DNA from: Octopus sinensis
Taxonomy: Eukaryota
Length of the DNA: 64,000 bases
Direction of reading: 5' to 3'
Assembly: GCF_006345805.1 (NCBI RefSeq)
Contig: NC_043000.1
Coordinates: forward strand, 149,978,001 to 150,042,000
The notes beneath the pieces are model-generated. The model was not told the DNA's origin. It worked only from the letters and a program-made list of their open reading frames with translations, and searched no databases. Every line of letters starts with the position of its first letter. The first letter of the stretch is position 1. Below are positions 51,544-64,000 of the stretch, piece by piece. The position numbers and the translations under genes are program-made.

Positions 51544-52144
51544 TATGTATGTGTGTATATATATATATATATATATCATCATCATCATCATCATCATTTA
51601 GCGTATATTTTCCATGCTAGCATGGGTTGGACGGTTCAACTGGGGTCTGTGAAGCTGGAAGGCTTCATCAGGCCCAGTCAGATCTGGCAGTGTTTCTACG
51701 GCTGGATGCCCTTCCTAATGCCAACCACTCCTTGAGTGTAGTGGGTGCTTTTTACGTGCCACCCGCACAGGTGCCAGACAGAGCTGGCAAACGGCCACGA
51801 ACGGATGGTGCTTTTACATGTCACCGGCACGGGGGCCAGGCGAGGCTGGCAACGGACACGAACGGATGATGCTTTTACGTGCCACCAACACGGGGGCCAG
51901 ACAGAGCTGGCAAACGGCCACGAAACGGATGGTGCTTTTACGTGTCACCGGCACAGGGGCCAGGCGAGGCTGGCAACGGACATGAACGGATAGTGCTTTT
52001 ACGTGCCACCAACACGGTGGCCAGACAGAGCTGGCAAACGGCCACGAACAGATGGTGCTTTTACGTATATATATATATATGTATGCATGAACCATTGAAC
52101 ACTAAGTTAAGAGAGAAAATAATTCTAAGAGGAATTGACTTTAA

Positions 52145-52350
52145 TGTATAAGAAGGAATACTTCACTGGTTCAGACATTTAAGGAGTATGAAAGATGACA
52201 GTTGGGTAAAGAGGTGCTTAACAACCTAAATGAAAGGAACCTGTGGAAGAGAAAGGTCAGGGAAGAAAAGGTCAAGGTAGATCTTTGGATGTCCAGCCTC
52301 ATAAAGGAGATGACAAGGGACCACTAAAAAATGGCAATACACTATGCTAG
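52145..52350 (+). mobile_element. Degenerate RTE-clade LINE C-terminal fragment
   Basis: ..HWFRHLRSMKDDSWVKRCL...GTCGR...EKVKVDL..SLIKEMTRD..W resembles the RTE motif RWFGHV.RM....VK....G...RGR...W...V..DL. Confidence 0.55.
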
Positions 52351-53395
52351 AAAAACCCATTCAATATATGAAAGTATAAAAACATGGATTTATAATTATG
52401 AGAATGATGATATTTACACTATGTCTATACCTTTCTCTCACTCTCTGTATATACATATGCCAGGGAACATGGCTCAGTGGTTCAATCATTGGCTTACAAT
52501 CATGAGGTTGTGAGTTTGATTCCTGGATCAGACTGTGTTGTATCCTTGAGACATGTTGCTCCATACAGCTGTAGAAATGAGTTGCAACATCACTGGTGCC
52601 AAGCTGTATCAACTTTTGACTTTCCCTTGGACAACATCGGTGGCGTGGAGAGGGGAGACTGGTATGTATGGGCAACTACTGGTCTTCCACAAACAACCTT
52701 GTCCAAACTTCTGCCTCGAAGAGGAACTTTCTAGGTGCAATCTCAAGATCAATTGTGACTGAAGGGGGTCTTTTCCCCTTTACCTTTTTTATGTCATGGG
52801 GAAATATTACCTTGCTTGGAAACAAGTGAAGCTTCATGACAATAGGAACATCCAGCCATAGAAAGTTTGTCTTGATGAATTTCACCCAATCTGTGCCAGC
52901 AAATTCACTCGCAAAGCATTGTTGAGCCAGTGGTTGTTTTAGAAAATACTTGCCCAAGGTGTTGCACAGTGGGACTGAACCTGAAACTATATGGTTGCAA
53001 AGTGAATTTCTTAACCATTCGGGCCATGTCTATGATAATCGAGTGCCTTCACACATTCACCAACACACAGACATACATGTTCACAAGAGTCAGTTGAATC
53101 AAAAATATATATATATTTATATATATAACACAAATACATAACATTTTGGTCATTCTTTACAATTTAAATCAAAGATAACCTTTCATTATTTTACCCCAAC
53201 AAACTCAATGCTAGTTGGCAAATGACAAAGTAATAGTTTGTAGCTGAAAAAAAAAACCTACAACCTACATGACTTTTGGATCAATATTCATGCTTCTATG
53301 TATTTAGAGCAATGAAGTAGTTCAACAGCATTTCAGGTAATTATACAGTACTCATTAGGACACCATTGCTCATGCTTTGACTGAGAGAGCCTTAA

Positions 53396-53627
53396 CCCTT
53401 CGCCAGTCCAAAGCATTTTTCATAGGTTTGTCCTAAATGTCCATGCTTGTTTTCACACTTTTAGCTCTTGTTTCATATGTCCTGAGTAATATAAAATTTT
53501 CCTTTCATAAGACCCAGGTTATTCTGGTGGTTAAAAAAAAATTAGGAATGTGTATCATATGTGATGCATGAACACCAGAGAAAAATATCCCTGTGTATCA
53601 CATGTGATACACAGGACAAGTGAAGGG
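53396..53627. mobile_element. piggyBac-type MITE family P3 with an internal perfect 26-bp palindrome (53590-53615)
   Basis: TTAA|CCCTTCGCCAGTCC...GGACAAGTGAAGGG|TCAA; cctgtgtatcacatgtgatacacagg. Confidence 0.7.
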
Positions 53628-53761
53628 TCAAAAGGTTGCCTAAACAGTGTTTTCCTTTTCGTCATCAGCTCAGAAACATAAGTAGGATGATTAAGGCACC
53701 AGAATGCTTACAATATTTAGTTATGAATCTTTACATTCTGAGTTTGAAAGCTGCTAATATC

Positions 53762-54384
53762 TATTTCTTTATTACCCACAAGGGGCTAAACACAGAGGGG
53801 ACAAACAAGGACAGACATAGGTATTAAGTCGATTACATCGACCCCAGTGCGTAACTGGTACTTAATTTATCGACCCCGAAAGGATGAAAGGCAAAGTTGA
53901 CCTCGGTGGAATTTGAACTCAGAACGTAACGAGAGACGAAATACCTATTTCTTTATTACCCACAAGGGGCTAAACACAGAGGGGACAAACAAGGACAGAC
54001 ATAGGTATTAAGTCGATTACATCGACCCCAGTGCGTAACTGGTACTTAATTTATCGACCCCGAAAGGATGAAAGGCAAAGTTGACCTCGGCGGAATTTGA
54101 ACTCAGAACGTAACGACAGACGAAATACCTATTTCTTTATTACCCACAAGGGGCTAAACACAGAGGGGACAAACAAGGACAGACATAGGTATTAAGTCGA
54201 TTACATCGACCCCAGTGCGTAACTGGTACTTAATTTATCGACCCCGAAAGGATGAAAGGCAAAGTTGACCTCGGCGGAATTTGAACTCAGAACGTAACGA
54301 CAGACGAAATACCGCTAAGCATTTCGCCCGGCTCGCTAACATTTCTACCAGCTCGCCGCCTACCAGCTCGCCGCCTACCAGCTC
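53762..54384 (-). mobile_element. Family A SINE trimer (head plus 3 x 184-bp body) inside a single 12-bp TSD
   Basis: Units start at 53761, 53945 and 54129; TSD gctgctaatatc at 53750-53761 and 54385-54396. Confidence 0.92.
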
Positions 54385-56097
54385 GCTGCTAATATCACCT
54401 TCACCTGTGATCCTTCAGTGGTCAATAGAGTAAAGTATCAGACAAATACCAAAGTTGATTTAATCTAAGATGTGAATAAAATTATATTATGCGAAGTAGA
54501 GCTTCAGCAACATTCATGGATAGGCGCAGGAGTGGCTGTGTGGTAAGTAGCTTGCTAACCAACCACATGGTTCCGGGTTTAGTCCCACTGCGTGGCATCT
54601 TGGGCAAGTGTCTTCTGCTATAGCCCTGGGCCGACCAAAGCCTTGTGAGTGGATTTGGTAGACGGAAACTGAACGAAGCCTGTCGTGTATATGTATATAT
54701 ATGTATGTGTGTGTGTGTTTGTCCCCCTAGCATTGCTTGACAACCGATGCTAGTATGTTTACATCCCCCGTCACTTAGCGGTTCGACAAAAGAGACCGAT
54801 AGAATAAGTACTGGGCTTACTAAGAATAAGTCTCGGGGTCGATTTGCTCGACTAAAGGCGGTGCTCCAGCATGGCCGCAGTCAAATGACTGAAACAAGTA
54901 AAAGAGTAAAAGAGTAAAGAGTAAAGGAACTGGAGCAAGATTTCTTGAGAAAACAGCTTAGTTGCTGAGCGTTGATATTGCTATTGGATGTAACTAGACT
55001 TGTATAAGAAGGAATCACTTGATGAACTCATTTTTGGAAAAGATAAACACAATGTGAAGACAGGGTTCATAGAGTAGCATTCTTGTTATAACAGGAATTA
55101 AGAAATAACTGCCAGATCTGTAAAGGGGGACTGGATTCTATTTTGACAATCAAGCAAATGGGAGGTAGGCAGAATTATGTACTTTACTCAGGGTACAGCA
55201 TAATAGTTTCAAGAACCAATATAATCCTTTCTGCTATAGGCACAAGGCTAGAAATTTTGGGGGAGGGGTTTGTTTCATTACTGGCATCTCGTCAGTTATT
55301 AAGACAAACAAAAACACTATGAAAATGACCATTAAACAAAGGGAAATTACTATGTAAATGACTGTTAAATAAAGGGAAAAACCCAAAGGGGAGAACGTAA
55401 AGAACGCTCATAGAATTTGCGTATGCACGCATGTACATATATACACATGTGTGCATGCACACCCACGTACATGTGACTATATGCATATGCTCACTCACAC
55501 TCATGTGAAACACATACACGCATACCCACACACATGCCTATATGTGCACATATATATACAACCATACACATGTACATATATACATATCTGCGCACACACA
55601 CACACACACATACACGCACAATTATATTCATATACACGTGTAAATATGCATATGCTATATATGCATATGCTTACTCACACTCGCATGAAACACATACATG
55701 CACACCCACACCTATATGTATATATATGCAACCATATACATGTACACATATACATACCCGCACACATGCACACACACACACGTATATATACCCATACATA
55801 CATATATGCTCATATACACATCTACATATGCACATGCACAAAAAAAATGCAGGGGGAAAGGTAATATACAGAAAAAAATATGTAAAAATATATAAAGCAA
55901 TAAAGATATCTAAAACTATAAAATTATGTAAAAATATATATATATAAAAATAGAGAAAGATAAAATGCTTATACGTGGACACAGTATAAAAATCAGGCTC
56001 TATCTGTGATCTTGGGGGGACAAAAAAAACGTAACAAATATTTAGCCATATGTGGACATGATCCAAAAAGTTCAGTTCTTGAATTTAGACATGTAGT

Positions 56098-56350
56098 AGG
56101 GTCTAAGCTGCTTTTCCAGGTGAGCCATCTTTCCATTTCACAAAGACCGCACTTTCCACTGCCGTTGGTGTAAGGCTTACAGTTGGCTAAGATCTTCCAA
56201 TGGATGTTGTAATTGACACCTTTTTTCTTTTAAGGACCATATATGACTGGATAATTTGCTTTTCTTTTATCCCAGTGTCTAAAGCTCAAGGTGTGATTGT
56301 TGAACCTGGCTTTAAAATTCCCCTCAGTGAGACCCACATATTTCTTTGAC
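56098..56350 (-). mobile_element. Second Penelope-like family, GIY-YIG endonuclease fragment (frameshifted)
   Basis: KKYVGLTEGNFKARFNNHTLSF / LSSHIWSLKEK / NYNIHWKILANCKPYTNGSGKCGLCEME. Confidence 0.75.
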
Positions 56351-57165
56351 AAAACAGAGACCTTTGGAAATATGCTGTAATTGAGAAGACCCAACAACTA
56401 AAGTGAGATTGCAGCCATGCATGTCCGGCCCAGTTAAGAGTATCCCTGGTGCATCGGGCGATATGATATGCTTGAGAAGACCTGTTGAGTCAAGTAAAAC
56501 CAATATCGTAGCTGTGGCCAGTGCTCTCTGACTGGCTCCTGTGCTGGTAACACATAAAAAGCCTCATCTAAACATGGTTGATGCCAGGTCCACCTGACTG
56601 ACTCCTGTGCCGGTGCCATGTAAAAAGCACCATCTGAACGTGACTGATGCCAGTACCCACCAACTGGCTCCCGTACTGGTGGTATGTAAAAAGTACCATC
56701 CGAATGTGGCTGATGCCAGTACCCACTGACTGGCCCCCATGCCAGTGGCACGTAAAAATCACCCACTATATTCTCGGAGTGGTTGGCGTTAGGAAGGGCA
56801 TCCAACTGTAGAAACATTGCCAGATCAGATTGGAGCCTGGTGCAGCCTCCTGGCTTTCCAGACCTCAGTCAAACCTTCCAACCCATGCCGGCATGGAAGG
56901 TGGACTTTAAATGATGATGATGATGTATATGTGTGTGTGTGTGTGTATATATATAATTTCAGCAAGACAATTAAGATTCAAATGAATTCAAATGAATATG
57001 GTACTTAACTTAGATGCACCAGAATTCTTTATGGTATTAACCATAAGATTATGTGGGGTGATTATAACCAAGAAAAAAGCAACAAGAATGGATCAGTAGT
57101 TTGTACTAAACTACTGATCCATTCTTGTTGCTTTTTTCTTGGTTATATATATATATATGTGTGTG

Positions 57166-57203
<38 letters not shown>

Positions 57204-59489
57204 ATGTGTATATATGTGTGTGTATGTGTGTGGGTATATATATGTGTGTGTGTGTGTGTGTTTTACTGAGAAGTAATGCATTGCACCAGGTTTTTCATCT
57301 CAAGCTACACACAACACTCTGCCCCCAATCCTTGTTAAAGAACCTACATAAGCACAAACTATATATATATATATATATATATTCAGGTATTCTTCAGAGA
57401 GGTATAATTTTAACTTCTCTTTCATGTTCACTCTTTCTTTATCATTTCGAACAACATACAACACTACATCAATGGTATCACTTTTCGTTACTTCACCCTA
57501 TTTTTATTGCAGTGTCCAGATTTGACAAAACCATTTCCCCCCCAAAATTTAATATAAAGTGATAACAAAACAAAAAGAAAACCCATCTAATTTCATCCAC
57601 CTTGATTAGGCATCCTAAAATTAATTGGAGATGCAATCATTCTGATTTTGTGTTGGTTGTGTATTACAGGTAGATTTTTTTTTTTTTTAACCCTTTGCTA
57701 ACTAGTGGCAGTAGTGGTAAATTGTTACATAACTCCATTATTTTATTATGATACCATTGAAGACTTGGTATTATGGTACTGTTTCTAGAAAGGAATACAC
57801 TAGAGGCCATTGCAAATAATGGAAAATTTGTCAGTTTTAGAATGCTTCTGCTGCTTACAGTAATGAACTAGATCACTACTGTACCTACTTACAGATGAAC
57901 TTAGTGTCGAGAAATATGTCTTAGACATGGTATGGTGGTGGTGACAATATAAACTACTAAATCCCTTGCTGGTTTTCTGGTAACCTATTGACTCAATCAT
58001 CTGTGCTCTCCTTTTTGGTTGAATGATACCTTATTTTTATCAACCTTTTTCAACGCTTTGCTTTTCTACTGCATTTAATTGTATTAAGAATAAAAATCTC
58101 ATTCCTATAAACCAAAGAATTTGTGAGGAAACTGACATTGTTCATAAAAATGACTTCATCCTCATTCTCACATTGAAGAGATTTTATGAGAAAAATTATC
58201 AAAATCTTTGGTTCCCATGCTAACATTTTCATTAATATTTTTATTACCTTCTAAAGTTGGCTTTTTAAAATAAAAGACAAATATATAAATAAAAATAAAA
58301 ATAAAAATAAAAATTGCTGAGAGAGAGAATTACTATATTGTCTGATTACAAATAAACTTTTTTCTAATCTATCAAAATACCATAATTTTATTAATCAAAA
58401 TATACGATGGGCTATCTGAAGCTGAAATAGGTTTCCTAATTTGATATTTGATTCAATGTTGATGTCATATGATATTTTCCTCGAAGCACTCACTCTGTTG
58501 CTTTCGCACTTTGTTAACGTCATCACATCATATACCTGATATTCCTCTCTTTCTCACTCACTTCTTTCACATAGACACTTCTTTCTATCTCCAATTCATA
58601 CATATACTTATCGATTAATTTGCTTATTTCTAACTACAATTAATATATCATCTGAAATATTTTTATTTCCCCCCCACTTTTTTTTTTTTAATGAAATTTC
58701 ATAGAATTTTTCGTTTTCTGCACACAGCATTTAGAATGACCTCATAGTTAAAAGGAATTGCTATATAATTTTTAAAATATATTTTGTATTTGATTTTCAT
58801 CATCATTACATCAATATTTTCATCACCACCTCGAGTTTTGTTTAATGAATGGTACAAATATGGGAAATATTTTTAATTGAACTTTAGATCTATTATTTTT
58901 GTTCCTTCTTATGATATTTTATCCTAGAAATCCTTAAAGACCTTAAAATTTTCGATTCTCAGAGGAATATTCTCGTTTCTGTGATATGAATTATAATCTT
59001 TCTGGCTTATGTTGGTGTAAAAGTGGGAATTGCTTTCCTAATGAAAATTAAATATTAATGGGTAATTACAATTCCAAATCTATATATCAGAAATAAATTA
59101 TAATAATTTTGCAATTTTATTATATTTTTAATTTATATTGTATGTCAGCAAACTTCTCAGTTAGATGTGCGATCCTAAAATTTTGGAATTCGTTTCATTT
59201 GTAGATTATTCTTCCCTTTTAAGTAATTTTCTGTCAGTTTTATAAGATTTCTACCACATAACGTTTATATTTGTATGTGAGGGTGAAGAATTGTTATTCA
59301 TTCTTTGTAGGAAAATATTGCTAGTTGTTGCTATGCACCTAGATGCGTGGACGAGATGTTTATATTTATTTCGCTAAAACCATCCTTATTTTTACCAATC
59401 AAATAAAATTGTTTTCAGACGTTGAAAAACAAGCAACTCTTTTCTACTAAAAACACAACAGCAAAGAAATTCAATTAATGCAAAATACG

Positions 59490-60312
59490 GAATGTTTTTG
59501 TTGTTTATAACCCCAGGTCATCTCCAATTGAGCAGATATACTAAGACAATCCAGTTGTGCCTGTCTCATATTTTCGTATATCAATCACTATATACTGTGT
59601 AAAGAAATCTTTCCCTTTCTAAGACGAGAAGGATGTGACTTGAGGAATATTTTACTACTATTTCTAGCAGATCGAACGACCACGTAGAGGTTCCATGGTC
59701 ATCTCTGATTGAGCAGATATACTAAGACAATCCAGTTGTGCCCGTCTCATATTTTCGTATATCAATCACTATATACTGTGTAAAGAAATCTTTCCCTTTC
59801 TAAGACGGAAGGATGTGACTTGAGGAATATTTTATTACTATTTCTAGCAGATCGAACGACCACGTAGAGGTTCCATGGTCATCTCTGATTGAGCAGATAT
59901 ACTAAGACAATCCAATTGTGCCCGCCTCATATTTTCGTATATCAATCACTATTTACTGTGTAAGGAAATCTTTCCCCGACGGACGGATGTGATTTGAGGA
60001 ATATTTTATTACTATTTCTAGCAGATCGAACGACCACGTCGAGGTTCCGTGGTTAGTTGTCGGTGATTGCCATAATCGATTTTCCCTTTTTAAGACGGAC
60101 GGATGTGATTTGAGGAATATTTCATTACTATTTCTAGCAGATCGAACGACCACGTAGAGGTTCCGTGGTTAGTTTATCGGTGAATGCCATAATCGATTTT
60201 CCCTTTCTAAGACGGAAGGATGTGACTTGAGGAATATTTTACTACTATTTCTAGCAGATCGAACGACCACGTCGAGGTTCGGTGGTTGGTTGTCGGTGAT
60301 TGCCATAATCGA
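59490..60312. repeat. Composite tandem array: five copies of an ~85-bp core separated by two alternative linkers
   Basis: tgaggaatat at 59641, 59821, 59995, 60111 and 60228 (periods 180, 174, 116, 117). Confidence 0.95.
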
Positions 60313-61136
60313 TTTCTGCGAGATCTGCGTGAAAGACACATCCGTGTTGCTTCCCTTTTCTTTCTTGGTTTTTCCATAACGAAGGATGGCTGCAGATCAT
60401 GCGGAGCACGACTCCGAAGCGTCCACCAATTAGACGGCTTTAGTAATAATCTGCTTCGTGTTTCCTTTCCTTGCCATATTTTTCATATTTTTTTTTCTTT
60501 TCAAACCGCTCTTGTACAGCGCTTTTAGTCAAATGACGATGGCTGGCTTGCAGCTCATACATTGTTTCTGTTTGGCAAGGAAACGTATTTCCGAATATTA
60601 CATATCAGAGTGAAAGAAGAAGAAGAAGAAAAAACTTAGCAGCAAGAAGGAGAGGGGGAAGGAAAAAGATTAAAAAGAAAAAGAAGCAGAAGAAGGAAAG
60701 AGAGAAGAAAAAAGGAAAACGAAAAGGAAAAGAAGCAGAAGCAGAAGGAAAGCAGAGGAAAAAAAAAGTTTAAGTTTGTTGCTGCTGCTGAAATTCTATT
60801 TCTATGGCGACATCTAGAATCATAACTGTTGGAAATTTGCTTTACTGAGAATGTTATCGGCTCAAACAGCGAGCGACGAGGTCGTTACAACAACATCTGA
60901 ATCTGAATCGGTTGCATATGTTTTTATTGTTGCCCTTCTCGGTCAATACTCGGCTGTTTCTCGCCCGCAGAGATCCACACACTGCTCTATCCGCGCCCGC
61001 TTTACCTCAATGCTCTTGCCCTTTCTATGGATTTTACTTATGGACACTTTTCTCTAGCAGCTCTGTCGTTTGAGAGATTAATGTTTACAACATCAATCAC
61101 TTATCTAGCAGCGTATTTGGTCATTCATGAAAGCAG
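60300..61136 (+). promoter_or_regulatory. Candidate promoter / 5'UTR first exon of a plus-strand gene
   Basis: Unique CpG-enriched block with a (GAA)-rich tract; ATG at 61127 followed by donors AAGCAG|gtaggt (61137) and |gtaagg (61141). Confidence 0.4.
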
Positions 61137-61950
61137 GTAGGTAAGGCTATTCACATTCAGTTCCTGTTTCTTTGATAATTGTCTATTCGTATTCATTGTT
61201 AAACTCTTATTTGATTTATAAACCGTTTCTTTCTCTTCTCTCTCTCTCGAATGTTTATTTCGAGATCGCGATAAAAACCTTTCAACTAATTTCCTTCTTT
61301 TAATCCAAAACAACATAAACTACTCTGCATTAAACACTGTTTATAGTTCTCTATATTAATTCTAGCATCAGAAAAAAATGTCCAGCTTCTCTGCTCTGTC
61401 GTTTAATTAATTCCAATCCTAAATCAAAAACCGTTTGTTTTCCTCCTCAGACAACCTCGATCAATAACTTCCATTACCTGTTGGTTCTTTCAATCACTGA
61501 TTGTCAACTAAATTCTGAAAATTCAATCGATTCGCCTTACACCTGATCATATTTAAATCATATTTTATTTAGCCACCCCTTCTAAGTCCATTTTATTATT
61601 CACATCCTTCTCCTTCCTACTTCAATTTCATGAAGAATCATCACACCTGATAGTTCACCTGTCTAAAAAAAAAATGTCTTTGGCATCGGAGAGGAAAATA
61701 CTATTCATAAAGCAGCAGAATTTAGTTGATGTCATCTCAGTCGATCATAAAGAGTGGGAGGATACGTAGTCATATATATGTTATGGGTAGTAAAAGATTT
61801 TTAGAAGCGATCAGCTTTATTGGTTTCTGTCTAGCTTGCCGTTTGGGTTTTTTTCACCTGGCATATTTGCACACCTTTAATCTAGAGTAAGACATTTTCT
61901 AACAAATCTTAGGGGTTTCTGGATTTCGAATGTGAATGTTTTGTCATCAG

Positions 61951-61998
61951 CTGGTGTTGAAAATGGAGGAATCGCTGCGCATGGCACCAGCTCAACCG
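61951..61998 (+). CDS. Candidate 48-nt second exon
   Basis: Acceptor gttttgtcatcag| and donor |gtaatt. It is open in phase 1 (giving MKAAGVENGGIAAHGTSST with exon 1) and in phase 0 (LVLKMEESLRMAPAQP). Confidence 0.35.
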
Positions 61999-62189
61999 GT
62001 AATTGCCTTGAAAATGTTAAGTTATTCGCTTATCTAAACCAATGAGAGACAAATATTGTATGATGAGAGATTTTCCTGCGAGCTGCTAAATATTAGAGGA
62101 AACAAGCTTTCCTAATGTCAGCTATGATTTTATAAACCAAATTGTTTACTGCAACAAACTGCTGTTGACTATTATTATTTTTCTTTTAT

Positions 62190-62832
62190 GTACATGGAAG
62201 TCATATATATAATAGATATATACATGTATACATCATTATATACATGTATACATCATTATATCTATAGTCATATATGTAATAGATATATACATGTATACAT
62301 CATTATATATATGTATACATCATTATATACATGTATACATCCATCATTATATACATGTATACATCATTATAGACATGTATACATCATTATATAAATGAAT
62401 ACATCATTATATACATGTATACATCCATCATTATATACATGTATACATCCATCATTATATACATGTATACATCATTATATATATAGTCATATATGTAATA
62501 GATATATACATGTATACATCATTATATATATGTATACATCATTATATACATGTATACATCCATCATTATATACATGTATACATCCATCATTATATACATG
62601 TATACATCATTATATATATAGTCATATATGTAATAGATATATACATGTATACATCATTATATATATGTATACATCATTATATACATGTATACATCCATCA
62701 TTATATACATGTATACATCATTATAGACATGTATACATCATTATAGACATGTATACATCCATCATTATATACATGTATACATCCATCATTATATACATGT
62801 ATACATCATTATATACATGTATACATCATTAT
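62190..62832. repeat. Minisatellite of 20/24-bp units (atacatgtatacat[ccat]cattat) with a higher-order block
   Basis: Directly visible; the block tagtcatatatgtaatagat recurs at 62265, 62484 and 62619. Confidence 0.95.
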
Positions 62833-62979
62833 ACCTAACAAAATTTCATTACGTTTTTCAGCACAAACAGTCAGTGTATGTGTGTTTTGTTTATAAACGT
62901 GTGTTTATAGTCGTCTACATACTGCACGAATACATCTATATTGATATATCTGAATATAGACATACGTGTGCTAACATCT

Positions 62980-63054
<75 letters not shown>

Positions 63055-63634
63055 GCTATATTATATTTCATCTACATTGTATATGTGTGTGGTGTGTGTG
63101 TGCAGGTATCCACTCCTAAGTCGCCATGTTGCAATGTGAACAGGAGTTTTAGTTAATTACCAACGATGTAATTAATTGCTAATTCACCGTGACAGTTTGA
63201 CCATACAAGGTTTTTTTTTTTTAATTATTGCTTACGAGAGGCACATCTGATCGCCAAAACGTATTTGTCCTTCAACGTTTCACTTCACAAGACTTGATTG
63301 CAAAAAGCAAAACGAAACTCAACATCTTTTATTTGCTTTTATAAAGAAAAAAAGAAAAAATCCTTGAAAAATAATAAAATAGCGTTTTTTTTATTGTTGT
63401 TGTTGTTGTAAAAGCAAAAAAAAAAAAAGAAAAACTTTCACGAATTCTAATTAGGGAATCCTGTTTTTGGTATAAAAAAAAAAAATTAGCTTCGTTTATA
63501 AAACACCGAGAAAATATTGACCGAATTTTTTTAACATTGTTTTTCTTTCTCAACCTTCATAAATTGAAATAGGTTGGATATGTGTTTCTAAACAACGAGT
63601 GTAATATATATATATGTGTGTGTGTGTGTGTATG

Positions 63635-63665
<31 letters not shown>

Positions 63666-63946
63666 ATAAATATATGTGTGTGTGTGTATATATATATATG
63701 TGTGTGTGTGTATAAATATATGTGTGTGTATATATATATATGCGTGTGTGCACGCGGACGCATGTGTGCACGCGGACGCATGTGTAGATTTATATGTATA
63801 TTTATACTTGCACACAATAAATGTGTGCATATGTATGCATGTATATATATATGTATTTGGTTCACACACACATATATATATTTACTTACACTCGCACATC
63901 AGTACTTCTTATAACTGAGAAAGAAGCACACTAAAACATTAGAGCA

Positions 63947-63992
<46 letters not shown>

Positions 63993-64000
63993 TAAGTAAT

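Noticed and set aside
59490-60312. CRISPR-like repeat/spacer appearance
   Set aside because: The linkers are not unique (only two types), the core is about 85 bp, there are no cas genes, and the context is eukaryotic.

Overview
AT-rich, repeat-dominated eukaryotic DNA. The tRNA-derived SINE families, (TA)n/(ATT)n/(GAT)n microsatellites and MITEs resemble an octopus (coleoid cephalopod) genome; this is inferred from recognition, not a database hit. No complete host protein-coding gene can be read, and most ORFs in the supplied track are microsatellite or SINE artefacts. The real coding remnants are all transposon-derived: an R4/Dong-clade RT (1-1300), two CR1-clade 3' ends, an RTE fragment, a young 5'-truncated Penelope-like element with RT, GIY-YIG and a hammerhead-like motif (28175-30330), a second Penelope endonuclease fragment, a Helitron Pif1 helicase fragment, several Tc1/mariner remnants and a hAT remnant. 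Non-autonomous elements include at least four SINE-like families, piggyBac-type and hAT MITEs, and Helitron/Helentron-like elements. CpG-enriched unique regions at about 4.85-5.25 kb, 7.75-8.1 kb and 60.3-61.1 kb look like promoters or first exons; a plus-strand gene probably starts near 60.5-61.1 kb. The most interesting observations are: a SINE trimer inside one target-site duplication whose junctions reuse a GGTATT microhomology; a variant hammerhead (CUGUUGA core); a 237-bp spacerless palindrome; a two-period tandem array next to a candidate promoter; and a 580-bp (TAA)n-flanked element with fixed ends.
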